Below are positions 47,774 through 58,649 of a stretch of DNA of 64,000 nucleotides, piece by piece; positions within the stretch are counted from its first letter, which is position 1; every line of letters begins with the position of its first letter. Below the pieces are notes generated by a model. The model ran no database searches and was not told the origin of the DNA. It worked only from the letters and a program-made list of their open reading frames with translations. Source of the DNA: Hyphomicrobiales bacterium (lineage in GTDB: Bacteria > Pseudomonadota > Alphaproteobacteria > Rhizobiales > JAKPQE01). The stretch is taken from contig JAWKVW010000009.1 of NCBI GenBank assembly GCA_041397845.1, positions 26,906-90,905 of the forward strand. The letters run 5' to 3'. The position numbers were made by a program, and so were the translations under genes.

Positions 47774-49257
47774 GCGTCCACCTGTGCCCTGGCGGCCGCG
47801 TCGGCCTGCCGTTTCTTGGCGTCGCGCTCGGCCTTCATGCGCGCCATGGCCTCTTCCTTGGCCTTGCGCTGCTGCTCCATCCTGTCGGTGCGAAGGCGGG
47901 CGAGGCGTTTGGTTTCTTCCTGCTTGTGCCTGGCGCGCTGCTGCGCGGTCAGCTTGCCCTTGGCGTAGTTGAAGTACTGGACGAGCGGGATGTTGGCCGG
48001 ACAGACCCAGGCGCAGGAGCCGCAGGCAATGCAGTCGAGAAGACCGATCTTCACCGCCCCGTCGAGTTCCTCCTTGCGGATGCGCGCCGCCATTTCGAGC
48101 GGGGTCAGCCCGCAGGGACAGGCACTGACGCAGGAGCCGCAGCGGATGCACGGCATTGCCGCCTCGCGCGGTGCCTCGTCGGCGCCGAGCGCGAGGATGC
48201 CGTTGATGCCCTTCACGATCGAGGCGCGGGTGCTCGACAGCGGCTGGCCCATCATCGGGCCACCGAGCAAGAGGCGCTTCGGTTCGCCGACGAAGCCGCC
48301 GCAATGCTCGATGAGGTGGGAGACCGGCGTGCCGATCGGCACCTCGAAATTGCCGGTGCGGGCCATCGCCCCGCCACTCACCGTGACGATGCGTGAAATC
48401 AGCGGCCGGCCGTGCCGCACGGCCTCATGCACGGCATAGGCGGTCGCGACATTGTGGACGACGATGCCGATATCGGCGGTCAGGGCGCGCGCCGGCGTCT
48501 CCTTGCCGGTCAGCGCCTGCACGAGGTGCTTTTCCGAGCCCATCGGATAGCGCGTCGGCACCTCGACGACGGCGACGTCGGCAAAGCCGCCGGCTGCAAC
48601 GGCGAGCCGCAGCGCGGCGAGGGCCTGCGGCTTGTTGGCCTCGACGGCGATGATCGCCCTTGCGACGCCGAGGCCATGGCGCATGATGCGGATGCCGTCG
48701 ACGACGTCGCCGGTGCGCTCGCGCATCAGCCGGTCGTCGCAGGTCAGATAGGGCTCGCACTCAGCCGCGTTGATGACCAGCGTCTCGAGCGTGTGGCGGT
48801 TGCGCAGGTTGAGCTTGACGGCTGACGGGAAGGTTGCCCCGCCCATGCCGACGATGCCGCTCGCGGCGACGCGCTCGGCAATTGCGGCGGGATCTACGGC
48901 GAAAGGATCGAGCGGGGCGGGGAGCTCGCCCCACTCGTCCCTTCCGTCCGGGCGCATGGTGATCGTCTGGCCGGGAAGACCCGACGCATGCGGCGCGATG
49001 AAACGCCCGATCGAGACGATGCGGCCGGACGTCGGGGCATGAACCGGCGCCGAGACCATGCCACGGCCGGTGGCAAGCAACTGGCCCTTCCTGACGACGT
49101 CGCCGCGATCGACGACGGCCACGGCCGGCGCGCCGATGTGCTGCTGCAGGGGAATGCGCAGGACGCTGGCCAGCGCCAGGCGCTCGATCGGCTTTTCGGC
49201 CGACAGCTCCTTGCGCTCGCTCGGGTGGATGCCGCCGCTGATGCGGAATAGCTTCAT
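47770..49257 (-). CDS. rnfC: electron transport complex subunit RnfC
   Basis: 495 aa with SGGIHPSERK, an NADH-binding region (GIVGMGGATFP) and two 4Fe-4S motifs (CIRCGSCVSACP, CIACGSCAWVCP). It has a Lys/Ala/Glu-rich tail. Confidence 0.9.
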   Translation of the reverse strand: MKLFRISGGIHPSERKELSAEKPIERLALASVLRIPLQQHIGAPAVAVVDRGDVVRKGQLLATGRGMVSAPVHAPTSGRIVSIGRFIAPHASGLPGQTITMRPDGRDEWGELPAPLDPFAVDPAAIAERVAASGIVGMGGATFPSAVKLNLRNRHTLETLVINAAECEPYLTCDDRLMRERTGDVVDGIRIMRHGLGVARAIIAVEANKPQALAALRLAVAAGGFADVAVVEVPTRYPMGSEKHLVQALTGKETPARALTADIGIVVHNVATAYAVHEAVRHGRPLISRIVTVSGGAMARTGNFEVPIGTPVSHLIEHCGGFVGEPKRLLLGGPMMGQPLSSTRASIVKGINGILALGADEAPREAAMPCIRCGSCVSACPCGLTPLEMAARIRKEELDGAVKIGLLDCIACGSCAWVCPANIPLVQYFNYAKGKLTAQQRARHKQEETKRLARLRTDRMEQQRKAKEEAMARMKAERDAKKRQADAAARAQVDA

Positions 49258-49275
49258 CGCTTCGTCCCTTCGCCG

Positions 49276-49812
49276 TCAGGCGGCAAGCCGGTTGGCCGGC
49301 TTCGGCCAATGCCAGGTCGTCAGGGTGTCGGTTTCCGGGCGCATCACGATCGCCCCGGTCGGGCAAACCTCGGCGCATTGCTCGCATCCGGTGCAGGCGT
49401 CGTCGACGACGCCGTGGATCTGCCGCGACGCGCCGACGATGGCGTCCGTCGGGCAGCGCTTCAGGCACTTGGTGCAGCCGATGCACAGGTCCTCGAAAAC
49501 GAAGGCGATGACAACGCCGCGGTCCTCCATGTCCGAGAGGTCGGAGGCGATGCCGAGCTTGTCGGCGAGGGCCGTCGCCAGCGCCTTGCCGCCGGGCGGG
49601 CAGAGCGATACCGGGGCCGCGCCTTCGGCGAGCGCCTCGGCCGCCGCCGAACAGCCCGGAAAGCCGCATTGGCCGCAATTGGTGCCGGGCATCATCTGCT
49701 CGATTTCAGCCGCGACCGGATTGCCCTCGACCCGCAGCAGCCGCGCCGCCAGGCCGAGGCCGCCGCCGAGGGCGACGCCCAGTCCCATCAGAATGCCCAT
49801 GGCCTCGATCAT
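49276..49812 (-). CDS. rnfB: electron transport complex subunit RnfB
   Basis: 178 aa with an N-terminal anchor, CGQCGFPGC, and ferredoxin motifs CIGCTKCLKRCP and CTGCEQCAEVCP. Confidence 0.9.
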   Translation of the reverse strand: MIEAMGILMGLGVALGGGLGLAARLLRVEGNPVAAEIEQMMPGTNCGQCGFPGCSAAAEALAEGAAPVSLCPPGGKALATALADKLGIASDLSDMEDRGVVIAFVFEDLCIGCTKCLKRCPTDAIVGASRQIHGVVDDACTGCEQCAEVCPTGAIVMRPETDTLTTWHWPKPANRLAA

Positions 49813-49833
49813 TGGCGTTCTCCCTGAAACCGG

Positions 49834-50415
49834 CTACTGGGCAACGAGCCCGGCAAAGCCCATGAAGGCGAGCGACAGGAACCCGGCCGTGAGGAAAGCG
49901 ATCGGCGCACCCGAGAAGGCCGCCGGTACGTCGGCGAGCCGCAGCCGTTCGCGCAGGCCGGCGAAAAGAACCATGACGAGAGTGAAGCCGGCGGCCGAAC
50001 CGAAGCCGTAGAGCATGCTCTCGGCGAGGTTGTGGTCTTCCTGCACGTTCAGGAGCGCGACGCCGAGCACGGCACAATTGGTGGTGATGAGCGGCAGATA
50101 GATGCCCAGCACCTGATGCAGCACCGGCGAGATCTTCTTGATCGCCAGCTCGGTGAACTGCACCACGGCGGCAATGACGAGAATGAAGGTCAGTATCCGC
50201 AGGTAGCCGAGCCCGAACGGCGCCAGCACCAGATGCTCGAGGATCCAGCCGGCCGTTGCCGCAACGGTCAGCACAAACGTCGTCGCAAAGCCCATTCCGA
50301 CGGCGGCTGACAGTTTCTTGGACACGCCCATGAACGGGCAAAGGCCAAGGAACTTGACCAGCACCACGTTGTTCACCAGCGCCGTCCCGAGCAGGATGAT
50401 GAGATAATGTTCCAT
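49834..50415 (-). CDS. rnfA: electron transport complex subunit RnfA
   Basis: Trimmed to the ATG at 50415 ([34 protein letters not shown]). Confidence 0.9.
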   Translation of the reverse strand: MEHYLIILLGTALVNNVVLVKFLGLCPFMGVSKKLSAAVGMGFATTFVLTVAATAGWILEHLVLAPFGLGYLRILTFILVIAAVVQFTELAIKKISPVLHQVLGIYLPLITTNCAVLGVALLNVQEDHNLAESMLYGFGSAAGFTLVMVLFAGLRERLRLADVPAAFSGAPIAFLTAGFLSLAFMGFAGLVAQ

Positions 50416-50461
50416 ACGCCCGACCGCTCCGTCGCCATCGATTGCGTCCGGTGAGCGAGCA

Positions 50462-50476
50462 GCATTAACCGTGCCA
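50462..50476 (-). promoter_or_regulatory. candidate sigma-54 (-24/-12) promoter of the rnf operon
   Basis: The reverse complement reads TGGCAC-GGTTA-ATGC (GG-N10-GC). It lies about 47 nt upstream of the rnfA ATG. Confidence 0.55.
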
Positions 50477-50546
50477 GCGGCGCGCCGGACATGCTGCGAT
50501 GCGGAAAAGTCCGTGCTTTCCGCGAGTTGCCGGCCGATCCGGAATT

Positions 50547-50562
50547 TGTCCGCGATCCGACA
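50547..50562. promoter_or_regulatory. NifA-type upstream activator sequence TGT-N10-ACA
   Basis: The sequence is tgtccgcgatccgaca, in the rnfA-nifL intergenic region. Confidence 0.5.
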
Positions 50563-50587
50563 ACGACGACCGCTCCGACACCGGGTT

Positions 50588-50603
50588 TGTCGGGAAGCCG
50601 ACA
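50588..50603. promoter_or_regulatory. NifA-type upstream activator sequence TGT-N10-ACA
   Basis: The sequence is tgtcgggaagccgaca, in the rnfA-nifL intergenic region. Confidence 0.5.
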
Positions 50604-50659
50604 AGGAAAGACTGTCGTCGTGCAGTAAATCCGGCGCTTCTCCCGGCAATTCACCCCGA

Positions 50660-50674
50660 AGGCATGGTTTTTGC
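50660..50674 (+). promoter_or_regulatory. candidate sigma-54 (-24/-12) promoter of nifLA
   Basis: aGGCAT-ggttt-TTGC with correct GG-N10-GC spacing, about 40 nt upstream of the nifL ATG. Confidence 0.4.
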
Positions 50675-50714
50675 GATGCGATTGTCGGGTTCGTGACTTT
50701 GGCGGAGGCGCGCC

Positions 50715-52361
50715 ATGACAGAGCGGAACGCAGGCGACGACAGGCGAAGCGCGACCGAAGCGCTTGCTGCGGTGCTCACGTCCTTGCCGGAAGACCTGCC
50801 GCCGGAGATCCGCAGCATCTTCGGCGCGGCGCTGACGCCGCACGATCATCACCTGCCGCCGCGGCTCTACCAGGAAGCGGTGGAGGCAATGTCGGTCGCG
50901 GTCTCGATCACCGATCGCGACGCCAAGATCCTCTATGTCAATCCGGCCTTCGAGCGGCTGACGGGATATGCCTCCGAGGACATCGTCGGCCAGAACGAAA
51001 GCGTTCTTTCGAACAAGCGGACGCCGCGCTCCGTCTATCTGGAGCTCTGGGAAACGATCAGGGGCGGCAATGTCTGGCAGGGCCGCCTCATCAACCGCAA
51101 GCGCGGCGGCGAACTCTACCTCGCCGAGCTGTCGATCGTCCCGGTGAAGAACCGCGCCGGCGCCATCGGCTATTTTCTCGGCATGCACCGCGACATCACC
51201 GAGATGCACCACCTGCAGCGCAAGGTGGAGAACCAGAAGAACCTCATCCTGAGCATCCTCGACGGTGCGCCGGTGGCGATCGTCCTCATCGACCTGAAGG
51301 GCGTCGTGCTCGTCGCCAATCGCGCCTACCGACGCCTTGCCGCGGACATGAAGGACGTCGAGCCGGCGAGCTATTTCGTCGAGATGCTGCGCCCGCAGCT
51401 CGGCGACGATCTCGTCGATGCCAGCGCCGAGGAGAGGACGCTTGCCGGCGCCGAGGTGCGCTGGCCGCAGGGCGGCGGCTCCGGCGGGCGGTGGTTCTCC
51501 TGTTCGACGCAGTGGGTGCGCGAGTTCGAGCTGTCGGCGGACACCTATTTCGAGACCCGGGTGCAGGACGCGATGCTGCTGGTCATCAGCGAAATCACCG
51601 GCCTGAAGCGGCAGTACGAGCAGACGCGGTTCCTTGCCGTTCGGGCGCAGATGGCCGATCTGGAAATGCGCCTGACGACCCGCGAGATGATCGACGGCGC
51701 GCTCTACCAGCTTCAGGGGCCGCTCAACATCATCCAGGCTATGGCCGGCATGCTGCAGCGGCGCGAGGGCGAGGACGCCCGTTTCGGCCATGCCGTCGAC
51801 GAGGCGCTGTCGTCCGGCAATCGCGCCGTCGAGCGCCTGCGCGTCTCGCTGCCGCCGTTTTCGCGCGAGGTCATGTCGCCGGTAAATCTCAATCAGGTGA
51901 TCCGCGACGTGCTGGTGCTGACCGCCGACCGCCTCTCGGCCAACGGCATCGTTGTCGACTGGCAGCCGGATCGCGAGCTGCCGTCGGTGTTCGGCCAGGA
52001 AAACCTGCTGCGGATTCTTCTGAAGGTGCTTGTCGACAACGCGATTACCGCGGTCGGCGAGCCGGGATCGCGGAGCCGCGAAGTGCGGGTGGCGACCCGC
52101 GCCGACGACGAGGTCATCGAGCTCTGGGTGCGTGACGGCGGCCCGGGCATCGAACGGTCGATCCGCTCCAAGGTTTTCGAGCCGTTCTTTTCGGCCTGGT
52201 CGCGCAGTCCGCGCTCGGCCGGCATGGGCCTTGCGATTGCCCAGCAGATCCTGACCGAGCTCGGCGGCGACATTCACATCGACACGGCGCCGTCGGAGGG
52301 CGGCGGGATGTGCGTCTGGCTGCCCGCTTGCCGGCCGCACAAGGGGGAGCCGCAGGCATGA
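50715..52361 (+). CDS. nifL: nitrogen fixation regulatory flavoprotein NifL (PAS-PAS-H-GHKL)
   Basis: 548 aa. PAS1 reads [49 protein letters not shown]...[41 protein letters not shown]. This closely parallels the Azotobacter vinelandii NifL sequence as I remember it. The C-terminus is GHKL-type (VRDGGPGI...GMGLAIAQ). The stop overlaps the nifA start (ATGA). Confidence 0.85.
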   Translation: MTERNAGDDRRSATEALAAVLTSLPEDLPPEIRSIFGAALTPHDHHLPPRLYQEAVEAMSVAVSITDRDAKILYVNPAFERLTGYASEDIVGQNESVLSNKRTPRSVYLELWETIRGGNVWQGRLINRKRGGELYLAELSIVPVKNRAGAIGYFLGMHRDITEMHHLQRKVENQKNLILSILDGAPVAIVLIDLKGVVLVANRAYRRLAADMKDVEPASYFVEMLRPQLGDDLVDASAEERTLAGAEVRWPQGGGSGGRWFSCSTQWVREFELSADTYFETRVQDAMLLVISEITGLKRQYEQTRFLAVRAQMADLEMRLTTREMIDGALYQLQGPLNIIQAMAGMLQRREGEDARFGHAVDEALSSGNRAVERLRVSLPPFSREVMSPVNLNQVIRDVLVLTADRLSANGIVVDWQPDRELPSVFGQENLLRILLKVLVDNAITAVGEPGSRSREVRVATRADDEVIELWVRDGGPGIERSIRSKVFEPFFSAWSRSPRSAGMGLAIAQQILTELGGDIHIDTAPSEGGGMCVWLPACRPHKGEPQA

Positions 52362-53989
52362 ACGATATCCCCGAGAATTTCGGCGGCAGCCGCATCTGTC
52401 CGAGACCGGTTTTCTGCGCCTTCTACAAGCAGGAGCTGGAGACGCTTTATCAGGTCAGCCGCGTGCTTGGCCGCTCGCTCGACCTGCAGCAGACGACGCA
52501 TGACGTGCTGGAGCTGCTGCACGAGGAGGGGCTGCTGCACCACGGCATGATCTGCCTGCTCGACAACGAGACCGGCGAGCTGAATGCGATCGATGTCCAT
52601 GGCGGGGCCGGAACGCCGGGCACGCATTACCGGTCCGGGGAGGGCATTGTTGGCGCTGTTCTGGCCGCCCGCGACCGCATCATCGTGCCGCGCATCGCCG
52701 ACGAGCCGCGCTTTCTCGGCCGCCTCGGGGTCTATGATCCGGAGCTGCCGTTCATCGGCGTGCCGATTTTCTATGGCGCCGACGAGACGCTCGGCGTTCT
52801 GGCCGCCCAGCCGGCCGCCGGCGATCGCTTCCTTGAGGATCATGCCAAGCTGATGGAGATGATCGCCTCGCTCATCGCCCAGACGCTGCATCTGTCAAAG
52901 TCGATCGAGCAGGAGCAATCGCAGCTTCGCTCGGAACGGGACCGCCTTCGCCGGCACGTCAAGCAGCAGCACGGCTTCGACCGCATCGTCGGCGATACGC
53001 CCGCCATGCGGATGGTCTTCGATCAGGTCCGTGTCGTTGCCAAGTGGAACACGACGGTGCTCATTCGCGGCGAGTCCGGCACGGGCAAGGAACTCATCGC
53101 CAATGCGATCCACTACAATTCGCCGCGCTCGAGCGCCCCGTTCCTGAAGCTCAACTGTGCCGCCCTGCCGGACAACCTGCTCGAATCGGAGCTTTTCGGT
53201 CACGAGAAGGGGGCATTCACCGGCGCTGCCAGCATGCGCAAGGGCCGCTTCGAGCAGGCCGACGGCGGCACGCTCTTCCTCGACGAGATCGGCGAAATTT
53301 CCCCGGCGTTCCAGTCGAAGCTGCTGCGCGTGCTGCAGGAAGGCGAGTTCGAGCGCGTCGGCGGCAACCGGACGCTGAAGGTCGACGTGCGCATCATCGC
53401 GGCGACCAACAAGGATCTGGAGGCGGCGGTCGAGACCGGCACCTTCCGCGAGGACCTCTACTACCGGCTCAACGTCATGGCGATCAACATGCCGGCGCTG
53501 CGCGAGCGCATCGACGATATTCCGGAGCTGGCGCGCTTCCTCGTTGGCCAGGTGGCGGCAAAGCAGGGGCGCGACCTCATCCTGACCGACAGCGCCGTGC
53601 GCCTGCTGATGCGGCACACCTGGCCGGGCAATGTGCGGGAGCTCGCCAACTGCGTCGAGCGCGCCGCGATCATGAGCCTGGACGGGACGATCGACCGCGA
53701 TGCCGTCGTTGCCTCGGGTATCCAGGACAAGGCTGCGGGAACGGCGCCGCCGCGGCCGTTCGCCCAACCTGCGCCAAAGCCCGTGCCGCCGGCCGAGGCG
53801 GTGCAGCCAAGGCCCGCCGTGCCGGCGCGCACTGTGCCGGAATCAGAGGCCGACGAGCGCGAGCGGATCATCGCCGCGCTCGAGGAGGCCGGCTGGGTGC
53901 AGGCGAAGGCCGCCCGGCTGCTCGACATGACGCCGCGACAGATCGCCTACCGGGTCAAGATCCTCGACATCAAGATGCGCCGCATCTGA
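52358..53989 (+). CDS. nifA: nif-specific sigma-54-dependent transcriptional activator NifA
   Basis: ATG at 52358. It has a GAF domain and an AAA+ domain ([31 protein letters not shown]). The C-terminal HTH is [26 protein letters not shown]. Confidence 0.95.
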   Translation: MNDIPENFGGSRICPRPVFCAFYKQELETLYQVSRVLGRSLDLQQTTHDVLELLHEEGLLHHGMICLLDNETGELNAIDVHGGAGTPGTHYRSGEGIVGAVLAARDRIIVPRIADEPRFLGRLGVYDPELPFIGVPIFYGADETLGVLAAQPAAGDRFLEDHAKLMEMIASLIAQTLHLSKSIEQEQSQLRSERDRLRRHVKQQHGFDRIVGDTPAMRMVFDQVRVVAKWNTTVLIRGESGTGKELIANAIHYNSPRSSAPFLKLNCAALPDNLLESELFGHEKGAFTGAASMRKGRFEQADGGTLFLDEIGEISPAFQSKLLRVLQEGEFERVGGNRTLKVDVRIIAATNKDLEAAVETGTFREDLYYRLNVMAINMPALRERIDDIPELARFLVGQVAAKQGRDLILTDSAVRLLMRHTWPGNVRELANCVERAAIMSLDGTIDRDAVVASGIQDKAAGTAPPRPFAQPAPKPVPPAEAVQPRPAVPARTVPESEADERERIIAALEEAGWVQAKAARLLDMTPRQIAYRVKILDIKMRRI

Positions 53990-54070
53990 GGTCGCCAAGC
54001 CCGCATCGCGACGGCCGGTCCGCATTATGCCGGGCCGGCCATTTCGCATTTCCGCAGGCCGGGCAGGGAT

Positions 54071-54086
54071 TGTCACGAACAGCACA
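54071..54086. promoter_or_regulatory. NifA UAS TGT-N10-ACA upstream of nifB
   Basis: The sequence is tgtcacgaacagcaca. Confidence 0.55.
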
Positions 54087-54104
54087 ATGCCGCGCTGCCG
54101 CAAT

Positions 54105-54120
54105 TGTCGGGTTTGCCACA
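54105..54120. promoter_or_regulatory. NifA UAS TGT-N10-ACA upstream of nifB
   Basis: The sequence is tgtcgggtttgccaca. An AT-rich tract (aatactattcaaaaacaatcatatat) separates it from the -24/-12 element. Confidence 0.6.
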
Positions 54121-54185
54121 GCGAAGTGCCGATGGCGGTCCGGAAATACTATTCAAAAACAATCATATATCCCTTCCGGCCGGCT

Positions 54186-54200
54186 TGGCATGGCGGTTGC
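54186..54200 (+). promoter_or_regulatory. sigma-54 promoter of nifB
   Basis: TGGCAT-ggcgg-TTGC, about 68 nt upstream of the nifB ATG. Confidence 0.7.
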
Positions 54201-54267
54201 TGATGAAGGCTCGGGATCCGTGATCGGGCCTGCTTTGCAGGACCCAGCGCACGAATGGAGCCATGGC

Positions 54268-55740
54268 ATGGAACTGAAGGTTCTTGGACCGGCCAAGCCG
54301 TCCGCCGGCGGGTGTTCGAAGAGTGCATGCGGCTCGACCGCCGACCAGATGAGCCATCTGCCGGAAGCGATCCGCGAGCGGGTGAAGAACCATCCCTGCT
54401 ATTCCGAAGAGGCGCACCACCATTATGCCCGCATGCATGTCGCCGTCGCGCCGGCCTGCAACATCCAGTGCAACTACTGCAATCGCAAATACGACTGCGC
54501 CAACGAGAGCCGGCCGGGCGTCGTCTCCGAACTGCTGACGCCGGATCAGGCGGTCCGCAAGACGCTGGCGGTTGCCGCCGCCATCCCGCAGATGTCGGTG
54601 CTCGGCATTGCCGGCCCCGGCGATCCGCTGGCAAATCCGTCCCGCACCTTCGAGACCTTCCGCCAGCTTTCCGACAAGGCGCCGGACATCAAGCTCTGCG
54701 TGTCGACCAACGGCCTTTCCCTGCCCGAACATGTCGACGAACTCGTTCGCCACAACATCGACCACGTCACGATCACCATCAACTGCGTCGACCCCGAGGT
54801 CGGCGCCCGCATCTATCCGTGGATCTTCTGGAAAAACCGGCGCATCCGCGGCCGCAAGGCAGCCGAGATCCTGATCGAGCAGCAGCAGCGCGGCCTGGAA
54901 ATGCTGGTCGCGCGCGGCGTGCTGGTGAAGGTCAATTCGGTCCTCATTCCGGGCGTCAACGACGACCACCTCGTCGAGGTGAGCCGTGTCGTCAAGGCCA
55001 AGGGCGCGTTCCTGCACAACGTCATGCCGCTCATCGCCGAGGCCGAACACGGAACGTACTACGGCGTCATGGGCCAGCGCGGACCGACCCAGGCCGAACT
55101 GACGGCGCTGCAGGATTCCTGCGGCGACATGAACATGATGCGCCACTGCCGGCAGTGCCGGGCCGACGCCGTCGGTCTTCTCGGCGAGGATCGCGGCCAG
55201 GAATTCACCATGGACAAGATCGACGTCATGGAGATCGACTACGCCGCCGCGATGGAAAGGCGGGCGACGATCCATGCCGCCATCGAGGCGGCGAGGGACG
55301 AGGAGCGCACTGCTGCCGCGCCGGCGCCGGTCGCCGCGCTGCCGGCGGACGCGCGTCTGGTGCTGATGGCGGTCGCCAGTGCCGGGCAGGGTGTCGTCAA
55401 CCAGCATTTCGGTCATGCCCGGGAGTTCCTCATCTACGAGGCCGGGCCGTCGGGCGTGCGCTTCGTCGGCCATCGCAAGACAGACCAGTACTGCGTCGGC
55501 AGTTCGACCTGCGGCGACACCGAGACGGCGCTCGAGCGGACGATCCGCGCCCTTGCCGGCTGCGAGGTCGTGCTCTGTTCCAAGATCGGCATCGAACCGT
55601 GGGGGGCGCTGGAAGCCGCCGGCATCCAGCCGAACGGCGAGCACGCGATGGAACCGATCGAGGCGGCCGTTGCCGCAGTCTATCGCGAGATGGCCGAGGC
55701 CGGCGCGCTCGTCACCGACAGCCTTGCGCAAAGCGCCTGA
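54268..55740 (+). CDS. nifB: nitrogenase FeMo-cofactor biosynthesis radical SAM protein NifB (with NifX-like C-terminal domain)
   Basis: The listed 898-aa ORF was trimmed to the ATG at 54268. Motifs: HPCYSEEAHHHYARMHVAVAPACNIQCNYCNRKYDCANESRPG. The C-terminal domain is NifX/NafY-like (LMAVASAGQGVVNQHFGHAREFLIYE). Confidence 0.95.
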   Translation: MELKVLGPAKPSAGGCSKSACGSTADQMSHLPEAIRERVKNHPCYSEEAHHHYARMHVAVAPACNIQCNYCNRKYDCANESRPGVVSELLTPDQAVRKTLAVAAAIPQMSVLGIAGPGDPLANPSRTFETFRQLSDKAPDIKLCVSTNGLSLPEHVDELVRHNIDHVTITINCVDPEVGARIYPWIFWKNRRIRGRKAAEILIEQQQRGLEMLVARGVLVKVNSVLIPGVNDDHLVEVSRVVKAKGAFLHNVMPLIAEAEHGTYYGVMGQRGPTQAELTALQDSCGDMNMMRHCRQCRADAVGLLGEDRGQEFTMDKIDVMEIDYAAAMERRATIHAAIEAARDEERTAAAPAPVAALPADARLVLMAVASAGQGVVNQHFGHAREFLIYEAGPSGVRFVGHRKTDQYCVGSSTCGDTETALERTIRALAGCEVVLCSKIGIEPWGALEAAGIQPNGEHAMEPIEAAVAAVYREMAEAGALVTDSLAQSA

Positions 55741-55750
55741 GGACAAGGTC

Positions 55751-56026
55751 ATGGCCTATTCGATCACAGCGCTCTGCGTGAACTGCTTTGCCTGCCTTGA
55801 TGTCTGCCCGAGCCGGGCGATCGCCGAGGCAAAGCCGCATTTCACCATCGATGCCCGGAAATGCAGTCATTGCGAGGGCGAACATGCCGACCCGCAATGC
55901 GCCAGCATCTGCCCGGTCGAAGGCGCCATTCTCGATGCCGAGGGCCTTGCCGCCAATCCGCCGGGGTCGCTGACAGGCATTCCGCCCGAAAGGCTGCAGC
56001 AGCTCGCCGCCGCCGGCGTCCTCTGA
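55751..56026 (+). CDS. fdxN: 4Fe-4S ferredoxin (FdxN-like)
   Basis: 91 aa with Cys clusters CVNCFACLDVCP and CSHCEG...CASICP. It lies immediately after nifB. Confidence 0.75.
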   Translation: MAYSITALCVNCFACLDVCPSRAIAEAKPHFTIDARKCSHCEGEHADPQCASICPVEGAILDAEGLAANPPGSLTGIPPERLQQLAAAGVL

Positions 56027-56036
56027 GGGTGAAGCG

Positions 56037-57647
<1,611 letters not shown>

Positions 57648-57696
57648 CGGCCGCGCGCCGATCACCTCCCAAGCACTGGAAAACGGAACGAGGCAC

Positions 57697-58059
57697 ATGC
57701 CCAAGATCATTTTTCAACATCCCGAATATGACGAGATCGAGGTCTACGCTCCGGCCGGCAGCCACCGCAAGACGGTGCTGTCGCTGGCCAAGGAGTTCAA
57801 GGTTCCGATCAACTTCGACTGCGGCGACGGCGAGTGCGGCACCTGCGTCATCCGCGTCACCGACCTTGCCGGCGGGCCGACCCACATGGGCACGCACATG
57901 ACCGACAAGGAAAAGACGGTCCTGCGCGAAATCGGCAAGCTCAGCAAGGACGAGCTGGAAAAGGTCGTCGTCAACGACCTGCCGAGCGAGTGGCGTCTGG
58001 CCTGCCAGATGATCGTTCGCGACGAGGACATCCGCATCACATACGAGAAGCGGTTGTGA
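57697..58059 (+). CDS. 2Fe-2S ferredoxin
   Basis: 120 aa with the Cys ligand pattern CGDGECGTC...LACQ. Confidence 0.75.
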   Translation: MPKIIFQHPEYDEIEVYAPAGSHRKTVLSLAKEFKVPINFDCGDGECGTCVIRVTDLAGGPTHMGTHMTDKEKTVLREIGKLSKDELEKVVVNDLPSEWRLACQMIVRDEDIRITYEKRL

Positions 58060-58649
58060 CCGGACCGGGCGCCGGCCTTGCCGCTGGCGGCCTCACCCTC
58101 CATCAGGCGCTCCAGCAGCGCCTGATGCGGATGGGGCGCGGCGGGCTCAACGAGGTGTTCGTCGCCCAGATGCTGGCAAGCTGGATGGCGGGGCGCGGTG
58201 TCCTGCCATCGGCCATGGGGCTTGACCCGAGCCTATTCCGGCAGATGCTCGACTGGCACTTTCCGGGCATCGGCCCATTCGACGACCGGCGGGCGGGCGT
58301 TGCGGCGCTGCCCCGTCCCGATGAACTCGACGACGTGCGCATGCTGCTCGACAGCCACCGCGCCGGCCGGTCGATTTCGGAACTCTGGATGACGGAAATC
58401 GTCGCCCTCGGCTGCATGGGCGGCGATCACCTCTGGTCGGATCTCGGGCTGTTCTCGCGCGATCAGTTGAGTGCCCTGATGATGCTGAATTTCCCGACGC
58501 TTGCCGCCGCCAACAGCCGCAACATGAAATGGAAGCGGTTCCTCTACAAGCAGCTCTGCGAGGCCGAAGGGGTTCATGCCTGCCGGGCGCCGAGCTGCGA
58601 GGCCTGCGCCGACTATGGCAACTGCTTCGTGCCGGCCGAGGCCGAATAG
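58056..58649 (+). CDS. nifQ: nitrogen fixation protein NifQ
   Basis: C-terminal Cx4Cx2Cx5C motif (CRAPSCEACADYGNC) and LWSDLGL...NMKWKRFLY. The GTG at 58056 overlaps the upstream stop (alternative ATG at 58125). Confidence 0.85.
   Translation: MTGPGAGLAAGGLTLHQALQQRLMRMGRGGLNEVFVAQMLASWMAGRGVLPSAMGLDPSLFRQMLDWHFPGIGPFDDRRAGVAALPRPDELDDVRMLLDSHRAGRSISELWMTEIVALGCMGGDHLWSDLGLFSRDQLSALMMLNFPTLAAANSRNMKWKRFLYKQLCEAEGVHACRAPSCEACADYGNCFVPAEAE

Noticed and set aside
54012-54045. Possible terminator hairpin after nifA (ggccggtccgcattatgccgggccggcc followed by attt).
   Set aside because: The stem is imperfect and the T-tract is very short. nifB has its own promoter, so a terminator is plausible but not supported well enough to list.
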